DNA of 64,000 nucleotides from Vitrella brassicaformis CCMP3155 (taxonomy: Eukaryota; Protista; Chromerida). This document shows, one piece after another, positions 35,364 through 46,455 of the stretch; position 1 is the stretch's first letter; every line of letters begins with the position of its first letter. Made by a program: the position numbers and the translations under genes. The notes under the pieces were generated by a model. The model was not told the origin of the DNA. It searched no databases and saw nothing but the letters and a program-made list of their open reading frames with translations. The stretch spans positions 1 through 64,000 of the forward strand of contig CDMY01000327.1 in assembly GCA_001179505.1 (NCBI GenBank), read 5' to 3'.

Positions 35364-38300
35364 ATGGTGTGGCAGTTCTTTCTATTTCTCTTCACATTTT
35401 TTTCCTCTGTAGCATCATGGTACGTCTGCCTGGCATCTGACGGTCTTTCGTCCATTGGAATTTTTGCCATGCAACGTGTCTGATGTGTGCAGGGTCCTGG
35501 TAGGAAAGAGCGGCGAGCTTACTTTCCTCGGGCCTCTCGATATCGGTGAGCCAGCCAGTTTGAAGGCTGCTGATGAGGAAACAAAGGTGCTTGTGCGGTT
35601 TCATGCAGACCCGTCCAATGCAGACCGGGCGCAGATATCATTCAGGTCGCTGGGTGTCAAGAAATGGCTCGTCTACCTCGAGGATCTGGTATGAAAGGAC
35701 GCATGATGTCCACATATGAAATTCCCATATAGACGGTTCTGGTGTCTGTGCATGGCCCTTTGCATTCAGTCGCCCGCCAACGCATTGGACGGCGAGCCGG
35801 ATTTCGCCATTGGCAGCAAAGGTAAGAAGCAATGAATAGAGAAACTCACAATACGGCCTCTCTCCTTCGTCCCACAGAATCGGGGGCATTCATTGTATTG
35901 GATAGCTATGGAGGGGCTGCTTTTAATACCACACTATCCGTGCGAGACTCTTCCATCATTGGCGGCGGGCTGTCAGTCTATCAGCAAGCTCACATGGGTG
36001 GAGAGCTTTCCGTGCAAGGCGTAAGTCTTTTGGGGTCCACTCTTTCTATCTTCGATACCTCCTTCTTCGGCAGCACACTGTCTGTAAGAGGCATCAGCCA
36101 ATTAGGAGGAGGACTAACCGTCGCCGATCATGCCGACTTCGGCAGCTCCCTCTCGGTCCATGAGTGGACAAACCTCGGATCGACCTTATCCATCTTCGAC
36201 ACCGCCACCTTCGGAAGCTCTCTATCCGTTCGGGGCATCTTGAAGGTCGGGTCAAAGCTTGAGGTTTTCGGCGAGACTACTCTTGGCAGTGTGCTGTCCA
36301 TTGCTGGTGATGCAATCGTCGGGAACACGTTGTGCGTCATCAGTTTTACCAAAATGGGAAGCTCTCTTTCAGTCTACGAATCGGCGGTCCTCAATTCTAT
36401 TCTCTCTGTCCGCAGCTATGCACTCTTAGGTAGCAGTCTTTCACTGACGAGCTTCGCGTTGCTAGGGAGCTCTCTTTCGGTCGGTGGCGTCTCGCATTTT
36501 GGATCCCCCGTGTCGATCTTTGATATGACAACAATTGGAAGTGCTCTCTCAATCCACCACTTTACGCATGTGGGAGGGGCTTTATCTGTCTTCGGCCGAT
36601 TGGATGCTGACTCTACACTCTCCGTTAGAAGAAATGCGGTCATTGGCGAAACATTATCGGTCGACTCATTCGTTCGTTTCGGGTCTTCACTCTCTATTTT
36701 CGGGATGGCGCGGTTCGGAGCTAGTTTGTCTATCTTCGATTTTTCGTTGGTAGGAAGCTCTCTGTCTGTTCGATCCTTTCATCGATCAGGATCAAGCTTG
36801 TCGGTTTTTGGGGCTACAAGACTTGGCTCATCACTATCAGTGGTGGATTTTGGTGTTTTTGGGGCTTCCTTGTCGGTGTTTGGTATTGCAACGCTCGGAA
36901 GTGCTCTTTCGGTCCTCGATTACGTGGGGCTGGGGAGCAGTTTGAGCGTGGGGAGCTTCGTTCAGCTGGGGAGTTCGCTATCACTGAGATCATTCGCGAG
37001 AATGGGTGACACTTTGTCGGTGTTCGGCTTGGCCCGTCTCGCCAGCACCCTGTCCGTATTAGACTACGTGTCTTTGGGCAGTTCTTTATCTGTCCGTCAG
37101 TTTGCATATCTCGGCAGCACGTTGTCTGTTGAAGACTCATCGACATTCAACAATGTTGAAATCCGGGGCACTTTGAATGTCGTGAGTGGAGCGACCCTTA
37201 ATCTACAGGCTGGATCGACATTCGTACTCGATTCTAGCAGTCCAGGGGCGGTCACAATCGATACAGATGCTTGCAGTGTTATCCACGCCAGCGGCTGCAA
37301 TAGTTCATCAGATAGACGACTGAAAACGCTTATTCAGCCAGTGGAAGGTTATCTGTCCTGGGCTTCCCGTTCTGGGCGGCATCACGTCTCGAGAAGCAAA
37401 CGGAACCTTTCGGCTGTCTCGTCGAGGGATCGTGATAGCGTCGAGCATCTTATCGACAGGTTGCGCCCCGTCAAGTTCGAATGGAAACAGGTACACATAC
37501 ACCTCGTCAAGAAGCATCACAAATGGGTTATGCTTTGCAGCCTCACGAAGGCATCAAGAGATCCAATAGAGTGCACTTCGGCCTTATAGCGCAAGTCAGC
37601 ATGCCCTTGTCAATGACCGAATATCCCATTCGTCACTTTCCTCTGTCTTCAGGATGTGGCAACTTTGTTGCCTGAGGTTGTTTCAAAGGAACCCAGGACA
37701 GGCACACTGAGGATTCGCTATATGGTGCGTACACGCGATGAACAAGAAATTACGTCAAGATGGAAACTATGTTTGTTGCTGCTCGTGCCTGTCAGGACTT
37801 CATTTCGATTCTTTTGGAGAGTGCCAAGCAGCTTCATCGGCGCTTCCGGGTATATGCATTGCATGAACGGGATCGGGGTCATTCATTGCTTGTCTCTTGT
37901 TTCAGGTGTTAGAGCGACGAGTTGCAAGCCTCGACTTCCCCAATCTGGACCCATATTCTAATATCACAACTACTGCACGACTACATAGTGGCCCACCAGT
38001 GAACAGCCTCAGCAGCCTCAGCGTGCCTCTAGAGGCCCTCTACTCACTCTTTACAAGCGAGCCTCTGTCTTCTATCGCAAGCAACAGCACCCGCCTATCT
38101 CGAAGTCATCCGTCAGTCCATTCACTTGGGCATCGTCTCAAGAGAGCAGCATTAGACCTCAAGAATGTCCTCCAACAGGAGGTAAGACATCTCCGGGCTT
38201 CTGTCGAAGCCGACAGACAGTATACAGTGGCGCAATCGGGTGTCTTCCGCCGGCTACGAGCTGTCGAGAAACGAGTGCGCGTCGTTCAGCAGGCCATTAG

Positions 38301-38694
38301 AAGTACGGAGGCTGCCCTCAGGCGACGTGAGAAGAAACTATTCTCCCACACATGGCCACCAAGGAGGATGCTACCCTCTATCCCCGCGGTTAGACAGTCT
38401 GCAGCAGAGAGGATGGACGCACATGAGAGTGACCATGAGGTGGATTCCCTAAGACGGAAGATTGAAGATATGGGGGCTTCCACAGCGAGAAGAATCAACG
38501 ACATGGCGCGGCGCCATGAGGAGGCCATCAAGCTACACCAGGAAGAAATCCGGCTGCTCAAGGAGCAAAATAGACGTCAAGATGAGGAGATTCGGCTGCT
38601 CAAACAACAGCTGCAGCGTCCTCTCGCCGGACACGCATCCTCTACTCGAGCCCCAAGAGACGAAGACTATACACTGATAGAGGCACCACGCTGA
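35364..38694 (+). CDS. Secreted phage-tail-fibre-like protein: signal peptide, 34 x 12-aa beta repeats, peptidase S74/ICA domain, coiled coil (about 961 aa)
   Basis: join(35364..35419,35493..35688,35770..35821,35878..37490,37541..37594,37653..37724,37796..37849,37906..38694), all GT-AG and in frame. N-terminus MVWQFFLFLFTFFSSVASW; ICA motifs SSSDRRLK, LIDRLRPVKFEWK, HFGLIAQ|DVATLLPEVV, LRIRYM|DFISILLESAKQL; then heptad-rich helices. Confidence 0.88.
35922..37145 (+). repeat. Coding tandem repeat, 34 units of 36 nt (consensus [LFV]-G-S-[ST]-L-S-[VI]-x-x-x-x-x)
   Basis: From FNTTLSVRDSSI (35922) to LGSTLSVEDSST (ends 37145): 1224 nt = 34 x 36, no indels, DNA diverged between units. Confidence 0.92.
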
Positions 38695-39019
38695 CGCGAT
38701 GTGACGGCATGTGTCTTGTGTGTGATATACATTCTATAACCCTTTCTCTGAAGCTTCTTTGTGCTCTTTCTATTCTTCTGAAAAGACAAAGTGTACGAAT
38801 GAAGTATAAGGATGTTGTCAATCCTTCATCTCCCATTTCGTAGCACTGCCGCAGTGTCAAGCCATGAACATGGTTTGCAGACAGCACTGTGCCAACCTTT
38901 ATGGTTGAGTACAAACTGAGCACCCAGTGGGAGGGACGCCGCAGAAGAGAGTCAAGCGTCGGCCCTCGGCATATCCGCTTCCCTGTCTGCTTGTTTGTGT
39001 GTGTGTGTGTGTGTGTGTC

Positions 39020-39110
39020 ACGGGCCACATTTAGCTATGCTGGCCAGGGTCGTCTGCTGCTGGTCATCAAGGACCATACGGACCCGGACCCCCCGATCCA
39101 TACAAGGTCA
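39020..39110 (+). pseudogene. Possible TLDc-family exon remnant
   Basis: FSYAGQGRLLLVIKDHTDPDP after a (GT)n tract resembles the TLDc segments TATNLLLLIKDTGDH and GRRGLLFVIKCDD elsewhere in this window; no continuing domain found. Confidence 0.25.
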
Positions 39111-39704
39111 AGAGTGCCGTCTGTGTTCAGACGGCACGATTTTCACAGGTGGATGGCACCCACACATGGGACAGTCACCCAGTCCTTCATCCGGCAGGCA
39201 TGGCAGTGGACCAATGCAGGCGGCCCGCACTCAATCTCAGGCCTCTCCGTCGGGTACCTCCGTCAGACGGCCAGGCAGCCATCGCAGCTGCTGCACCTAC
39301 CTGCTGCAAGTGCTGCAGATGTTTCCCAGCGGCATGAGTGCACTCGTTTCAGTTGACCTCTCTCTGTGTTCTGTGGGTGTGCATGTCTCTCTAGGTGCGC
39401 GTCCTTCCTTCGACATGTCCGGCACATGACTGCATAAGTGCCGTGTGCCTCACAGCTGTGTGTACATGTTTGTGACGACAAATCGATGAATGTACCAGCT
39501 TGTTTCTGTGGGTGAAGGTGGTCAAGGGTTTGGGTTACAGGGTTTTCTAAGCTTGCATTGTCGAGGTCCCTTGAGAAGAGCCGCAGAAGAGAATTCATTC
39601 ATTCATAGCGAGGAAGCTCTTCTGTCTACCTGGCGTCGACAGATCTGCGAATGTGAAGCATCCCAGCTATACTTCATCTCGGCTGGATCCAGCAAAAAGA
39701 GGCG

Positions 39705-42700
39705 ATGAGCGGCGTCGAGGAGCTTGCCACGGTGCTAGGTGGCAATTTCTTTGCGATTGGTCTTGGGTACTGTTGTTTGAGGACGCATCTGCTGGATGAC
39801 GTGAAGGGCATCACATTCATCGTCAGCAAGATAGCCTTGCCGCTGCTCGTCTTCAGAGCGGTGAGCGGAAAGACAGTCACAAACGCACTGGTCAGTCTGT
39901 CGGTGCGTGTGTGTGATGCATGCAGGTGGCACTGATGGATCTTGGTTCTGTGAATCTGACGGTCATCGCTGCCTGCACCGTTGCCAAGTTCGTCGTGCAG
40001 GCCGCCGTCATTGTCGCAACCATAACCATCGACAAGGTACTCTCAATCACTGTGTGGCTGGCCGAATGCTGCTGCTTGCTTGGCTGCAATGGATGGATGG
40101 ATGGATGGATGGATGGATGGATGGACGGATGGATGGACGGATGGACGGACGGATGGACGGATGGACGGATGGACGGATGGACGGATGGACGGATGGATGT
40201 GTTGCGTCATTGCAGTCGCCCAAAAATGTATCGCGTGCGGCCCTTCATGCCCACTTCGTGTCGAGCGAGAATGCATTCGCCCTCGGGATCCCAATAGTCT
40301 ACGCCCTCTTCCCCATAGCCGCCTACCCACAGGATCTCCTCGGCTACCTGACTGCACTCGCAGGTTGGGATGCACCAACGAGATGTGCTCACAACGCCAC
40401 GCGTGCTTTGCGTGCAGTCCTGCAGACGGTTCTGCACACCAATTTATCGTTTGTGCTGTTTGAGGCCGGCAAGGCCAAGAGGGAGGCACACGAGCAAGGG
40501 GACACGGCAGGCAGCAAGAGCTGTACCGTGGAGATGCCTGCAGTGCGTCAGGTGGACGAGACGTTGAGTTTGCCGCCTTCCCCGTCCCCGCCGTCGACAG
40601 CAGTAGAGGGCAAGAGGAAAAACCTGTTGGTCAAAGTGGTGTCCAATATCATTACGCAACCCCTCATGTAAGTATGAGAACAGGACAGCGAGCCAGCTAC
40701 GGATGGATCAGACTGTGTGTGCTCTTACAGCATAATGATCGTGGCTGGTCTGCTGTTCAAGGCGGCCTTTGGCTGGGCGTTCACGACGAGTGACACTGGT
40801 CGGCTGCGGTTGCCTTCGGGTCTTCATGACGTGGTGGCTCTCGCCACTGAGCCCTACGTCATGTGTGCTCTGTTTCTCACGGGCGCCACGGTCGTCAACA
40901 ATCTCGACGCACTCCTCAAACCACAACAGGCAAGAATCAACATTCATACATACATACATACATCAAGTGGATGGGGTCACCTCTCGTGTCGTTGCCTGCC
41001 TACCTGCCTGCGCGCGTGGATGTGTACAGGTGGTTCTGCCGCTGTTTCTGGTGGTTCTAAAGGTGATGGTGTTGCCGTCAGTCATGTGGCTATTCGTTTC
41101 TGTCATGAACACTGGCATGGCCGAGGAGGAGCTGGAGGTGTATCAAGACTTCGCACTTCTGTTTGGATCCATACCCACGAGCTCTGCACCCGTCGTCTTC
41201 GCCAAGGTTTACAAGGTCGACGAAGATGTGGCCGGTGCCGGTGTGATCCTGGGCCTCGTGCTGGGCGGGCCTCTCATTTTCGTACTCGCCATCCTTTTCG
41301 ATAAAGAAGTGAGGCACTCAGTCAGCGATATACCAACAATCAACTCACTGATGTGTTGTTGTCGCTTTCTCTCTCCCTCTCGTCCGTCCATGCAGCTCTC
41401 GGCGGTGGCTGACGCGTTCCTCGTGATCAACAAGAGCTTTGCAGTGTCATCCATGGTCTTTGCGATCATGGTTCTTTTCATTCTGCTGCTGATACGGGCT
41501 CGTGAGGACTGGACCACCTACCCGCGCGTCCTAGTGCCATGCTACGCCGCCTCTGTGGCTCTGTCGGGGCTGCTGGTGACGATTTTGGCCTCATCGACCA
41601 ACTACTGCTCGAGAGGCGACAGCGACGACACGTGGCAGGTGGCCATGTACAACATGAGCAATTACTTTATGCAAATGGTGAGGGAATGAACTGGCACGAA
41701 AAGTGAGTATCCGGTCGCACCACACATGTGTGGGGGATGGGTCGGTCAGAGTCGTTGGTGCCTGTGCGGACTGTGCCTGAATGTTGCTCTCGGCGTGAGG
41801 ATGGGCCTGTCGAAGGCAAGGAGGCGCTTCTTTTTCCTGACAATCGCGGCCGCTTTCATCCTGCCCCTGGGTAACACACACAGGCACACACACACACATC
41901 TCCACGAATGCATTTCTGTCTGTCGCTTGCACGTTGGTGTGTGTGATGGCTGTGATGGTGTGATGGATCCATTGGCTCAGTGTCCCTAGTATGGTCCTGG
42001 CTTGGCCCGCCGGTCGTGAGTAGGCGGGCGATGGAGTACGACCCCTGTTTGTTCTGGTACGGCCCCCCAGAGCAGGTGTGCGACGCTACACTTCTGCTGC
42101 TCGTGCTCGTCCTGCTGGCCGTCGCACTCGCTATGTCGATCAAGGCTCGCAAGCCAGACAGTGACCAGCAGGATGTCAAGGACCAATCAGCCATAGTGGA
42201 GAGGGAGCCGTGGCAGCACAATCTCATATTCCCTGTCATGGTGGGTTGAGTGGAGAGGTGGCGACAATTGAAGTCAGCCACAACTGCTTTTGTGTGTATG
42301 TGTATTTGTGTCGTCAGGTGTTGGGTGCTGTTGGCGGCTTGCGGCTGATCCTGCTAGTTGTGTACAGCTGGGGGCAGGTCACCGCAACAGAGATAGACAT
42401 CTCGGGGTCGCTGCTCAAGGTCAGCTCCGAACTGACGTCCACATACAACGTGTGACGCACGTGCATGCAATGGTTGGTTGGTGTGTGTGCGTAGTTGGGA
42501 ATGGTGGTGAGTGTGCTGGAGAAAGGACAAGGTCTGCTGATCTTCCTCGTGTTCGCCTTCCAATCCGACGCAATCATGCAATACAACCTCGTGGCACGGT
42601 CGACGGGCCAATGCATGCAAAAGGTGCACATGACACTCATGATCATGGCCTTTTGCGCACACTCACATATCGATGACTATGATTTCCCTTCTTCTCTGGC

Positions 42701-43292
42701 TCGCTTGCTCAGTGCTTCCATCGTGAGATTGCGTCTCCTCCAGTGACCGACCCCTCAGTCCCTCTGCCCTCTTCCCTCCTGCACGTCGTCGATGCGCTCG
42801 GGGCATCGTGCGCCTGTGGCGGACCACTGGACAAGACACACCCGGATTATCACGCCGAGAAGGCGAGCGACAGGCGGTGTTTGTCAGCGTTGCGGCGTCA
42901 GCGTGTATTGGTGCATCACTGCTTCACGGGGAGGGAGGCCGTGGACTGGATGGTTGACTGCGAGCTGGCCCACGTGCGAGAGGAGGCCGTGCAGATCGGC
43001 AAGAGGCTCATACGGCTGGGTGAGACATGATGGACAGAAGACACACCTTGATGTGAATGACGTCACGTGTTCTGTTGACGTCACGTGTTCTGTGTGTTCG
43101 TGTTGGGCAGGTGTGATATCCCATGTGAGGCAGGAGTGCGACTTCTTCGACTCGCACCTCCTCTACCGGTACCGCCCCGATCACCGGGAGAAGCGGCTGT
43201 GTCAGCCGTCCACAGGAGTGTCGGCCACTCCTGAACAAGAGCAGGAACAGCCAGGGCTGCTCTACGGGGAAACAAACGAACGGTTCGGTTGA
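39705..43292 (+). CDS. GPR155: GPR155/LYCHOS-like protein: PIN/AEC (Mem_trans) transporter domain + GPCR-like 7TM + C-terminal DEP domain
   Basis: Exons [15 protein letters not shown]|[10 protein letters not shown]…, [57 protein letters not shown]; then TMs with [11 protein letters not shown] and [12 protein letters not shown]; [38 protein letters not shown]|[20 protein letters not shown]. Confidence 0.82.
40089..40198. repeat. Compound (GGAT)n/(GGAC)n microsatellite in an intron
   Basis: Run of ggatggatggacggatggac… inside GPR155-like intron 2. Confidence 0.95.
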
Positions 43293-43518
43293 TGAGAGCA
43301 TAAGACAGACAGCAACGAGTGAGAGGTCGTAGGTGTAAGGTCGCCCCTTCCAGTCGAGCTGTTGTCAAGTGAGCCTTGCTCTCCTGGTGTGTATGCATCA
43401 TATATATATTTGTCGAAATGCCGTTTGTCCGTCACATCACCCGTATGTCCATCGTCTTTGGAAGAGGCCGGCGAGGTGTGTTGCGCTCTCTTCATAGAGT
43501 TCTTGTGTGAAGGGTTCG

Positions 43519-43559
43519 GGTTGCAGGGTTTCAGCTCGCAACCGTGAAACCCTGCAACC
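43519..43559. promoter_or_regulatory. Perfect 15-bp inverted repeat with 11-nt spacer upstream of RPN11
   Basis: ggttgcagggtttca (43519-43533) is the exact reverse complement of tgaaaccctgcaacc (43545-43559), 112 nt before the ATG. Regulatory role is inferred. Confidence 0.5.
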
Positions 43560-43671
43560 ACTCTACAAAACCACCCGCAGGGCGAGTTTGCTTCACTCTG
43601 ACCGTCGTTTTAGCTAGCGCTCACCGCGCGACAGCGAGTCGGCTCCGTCGTAGCTCCCGTGTGTTGTGAGT

Positions 43672-45155
43672 ATGGCGTTCAACTTGCGTAATCTGTTTGG
43701 TTCGATGCCTGGGATGGGCCAGGCGCCGATGGACCCTGACGCCGCTCCCATAGCCGACACGGCCGAGCAGGTGTACATATCGTCCCTGGCGCTGCTCAAG
43801 ATGCTCAAGCACGGAAGAGCCGGCATCCCCATGGAGGTCATGGGACTCATGCTGGGTCAGGGGGACACATCACGGCACAGGATATCAAACGACAGAAACA
43901 GCTGCACTTGGCGACGTTCGGTTGTGTGTCGTCTTTCCGTGTGCGTTGATCGATCAGGTGAGTTCATCGATGACTACACTGTGCGAGTGGTGGACGTCTT
44001 CAGCATGCCGCAGTCAGGTACATACATACATACTGCACAGCACACGGGATGAGACCGTGCGCCATAAAACGGTCTGCCAGTACGTAAGTAAGATCGGATG
44101 TTCTTGTGTGTCCCTCTCTCAGGCAACTCCGTGTCCGTCGAGGCTGTTGATCCCGTGTTTCAGACCAAGATGCTCGACATGCTCAAGCAGACGGGCAGGC
44201 CAGAGATGGTCGTGGGCTGGTACCACTCGCACCCAGGATTCGGCTGCTGGTTCTCTGGTAACCAGATTGACTGCTGGGCAATCTGGGACGTGTCAGGTGT
44301 CGACACGATTGCCCCTCTGCTGTGCGTGTGTGTGTATGTGTGCAGGTACTGACATGAACACGCAGCAGTCGTTTGAGCAGCTGAATTCGCGTGCTGTGGG
44401 CGTGGTCATCGACCCCGTGCAGTCGGTCAAAGGTATTAGCAGGGAACAGACAGACACCACAGCAGTCCTGGGGTGTGCACCGACGTGGCCGATTGGTGCG
44501 TGTGTTTGTCAGGCAAAGTCGTGATCGACTGCTTTCGTCTGATCAACCCACAGCTGATGCTACTGGGGCAGGAACCGAGGCAAACCACATCAAACATAGG
44601 TACTCACTCTCTCACACCGCGCCAGCCACACAAGCGACCACCTGAATGCGGTCTGGTTGGTGTCAGGTCACCTGAACAAGCCATCGCTGACGGCGTTGGT
44701 ACACGGTTTGAATCGCCACTACTACTCGATCGCCATCAATTACCGCAAGAACGACCTCGAGCAGAAGATGCTCCTCAGCCTACACAGGAGCAGATGGTCC
44801 GACGGACTCACTCTAGAGGTACGTGTGTCAACCTCGACACACCCACACACGCGGGGGGCAACACATCCTTGCTGTCTGTGGCTGTGTGGCTTCCCTTCCT
44901 CCCATTGCTGGTGCGGTGCAGCCGTTTGACGAGCATCAGGGGAGGAACGAGAGTCTGATCAAGTCGACCAAGGAGCTGTCTGAGAAGTACAACAAGATGA
45001 TTCAGGAGGAACTCAAGAAGACACCGGAGGAGCTCGTGGTCGCCAACGTGGGCAAACTCGACGCCAAAAAGAGGCTGCAGGGCGACGTCGACAAGCTCAT
45101 GACCCAGAACATCCTCCAGTGCATGGGCGCCATGCTCGACACTCTCGTCTTCTGA
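43672..45155 (+). CDS. RPN11: 26S proteasome lid deubiquitinase RPN11/PSMD14
   Basis: [34 protein letters not shown]|[19 protein letters not shown]|…[17 protein letters not shown]|[12 protein letters not shown]…[12 protein letters not shown]…[24 protein letters not shown]…MLDTLVF*; JAMM motif intact. Confidence 0.98.
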
Positions 45156-46455
45156 CTCACTCACTCCATCCACCTACTCACTCACTCACTCATCCACTCA
45201 CTGTCTGGCTGCTCCCTCCTTGACGTGTGTGGTGTTCATTCATACGAGGCTCCTTCACCATCGCACTTGTGTCCACCGACAGGCACAAGCGCGTCCGGCG
45301 AGAGGGCCGTCGTGATGACTGACCCATAGGCAAGGAAGGAAGCCAGTGTCGATTGAGCTGAGCTGTATTTTCGATTGCATGAGAGACAGACAACCGTGTT
45401 GTGAGTGCGTGTCATGGCGGACAGACGACCAATGCATTCACCTGCCTGGGCGTCCGAGGTTTTTCGCGTCAATCGCACGTCGTGCACGTAGCTACGCTTA
45501 ACGCATTCATCAATGATGAAGTCGCAAGCTTCTTGGTCGCTACAAGCTTGTGCATCCCACCACTATCCAGGGGCTTAGTGTGTGGAATGACAGGCATATA
45601 TGTGGTGGTGGCTACTCGCAACCACGGTAGGAGGGATAGTCGGTCTGGTGTAGATGGCTGGGAGGAAGGAAATACTTACTGGCTCGAATGGCATGTGTGG
45701 ATGTCTGGCTCGAATGGATGCGTCTTTGTGTGACGATATCTGCATGGATGGATGGATGGATGGCCCATTCGATCATGGATCGATGGAATGCTCAACTCAT
45801 TCATACCCATGCTCAACAACACGGGAATAGGTATATACATCACATTCCCTCCCTGCCTGCCGTCCTCCCATCCCATCTCCCCCCCCCTCCACCACCCACC
45901 CACCTACCCGCAGTCACTGTATCAACACATCGTGAAGCAACAACCAGCGCAATCCGCTGCAGAAAAGCAGATCCGTGTCGGCCACAGTCAGTCAGTCAGT
46001 CAGTCAGTAAGGCCTTGCCACCTTTTTCTTACCCCTGCCGGCCTGTCTGCCCCCCTCCTTCAGCGCTAGCTCCATCTGTATTGTGCTTTTGTTATACCCC
46101 GACGCCTCGCCCAGAGTCGTGTGGAACTGGGTTGTGACTCAAAAATATCGTCATCGTCATCCAACTGGAATCCACAACGACGCACACTGCGATTGGGCCC
46201 GAAGGCTCTCTGCCTGACACCACGCCTAAAACAAACTCTGGGAGCTTAGGAAATTTACACCCGAACACTAGGGTTTGCGTACAAGGGGTTTGGGAAGGTA
46301 GCCAAGGTGTTGCGCGGACTGACAAGTGAGGACGGAAGCTGAGCTTGGTGCAGCGGCGGTAGACGAGAAGCGACAGCGGACCACCAGCCCCAAAGAGACC
46401 CTTCTCAGAATCGCAATCACCAATGAACTCCCCAGTGTATCGCCACTGAAGACCA

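Noticed and set aside
35922-37145. Regular 36-nt periodicity considered as a CRISPR array or satellite
   Set aside because: Units are not identical at the DNA level and there are no spacers; conservation is at the protein level within an open exon.
35364-38694. Prophage or bacterial contamination as the source of the S74 gene
   Set aside because: Seven in-frame GT-AG introns, a eukaryotic signal peptide, and no neighbouring phage genes.
40769-41689. 306-aa ORF as a stand-alone transporter gene
   Set aside because: It is read-through of an intron plus internal exons of the GPR155-like gene.
43058-43100. Short direct repeat gacgtcacgtgttctgt x2
   Set aside because: Local slippage duplication inside an intron of the DEP-coding region; no sign of function.
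5992-43292. Apparent lysosome/vacuole theme (ATG18, TLDc proteins, LYCHOS-like)
   Set aside because: The genes are far apart and interleaved with unrelated genes, and TLDc genes are an expanded family; chance is sufficient.
45505-45620. C-box-like AATGATGA suggesting a C/D snoRNA
   Set aside because: No matching D box (CTGA) or terminal stem at a suitable distance.
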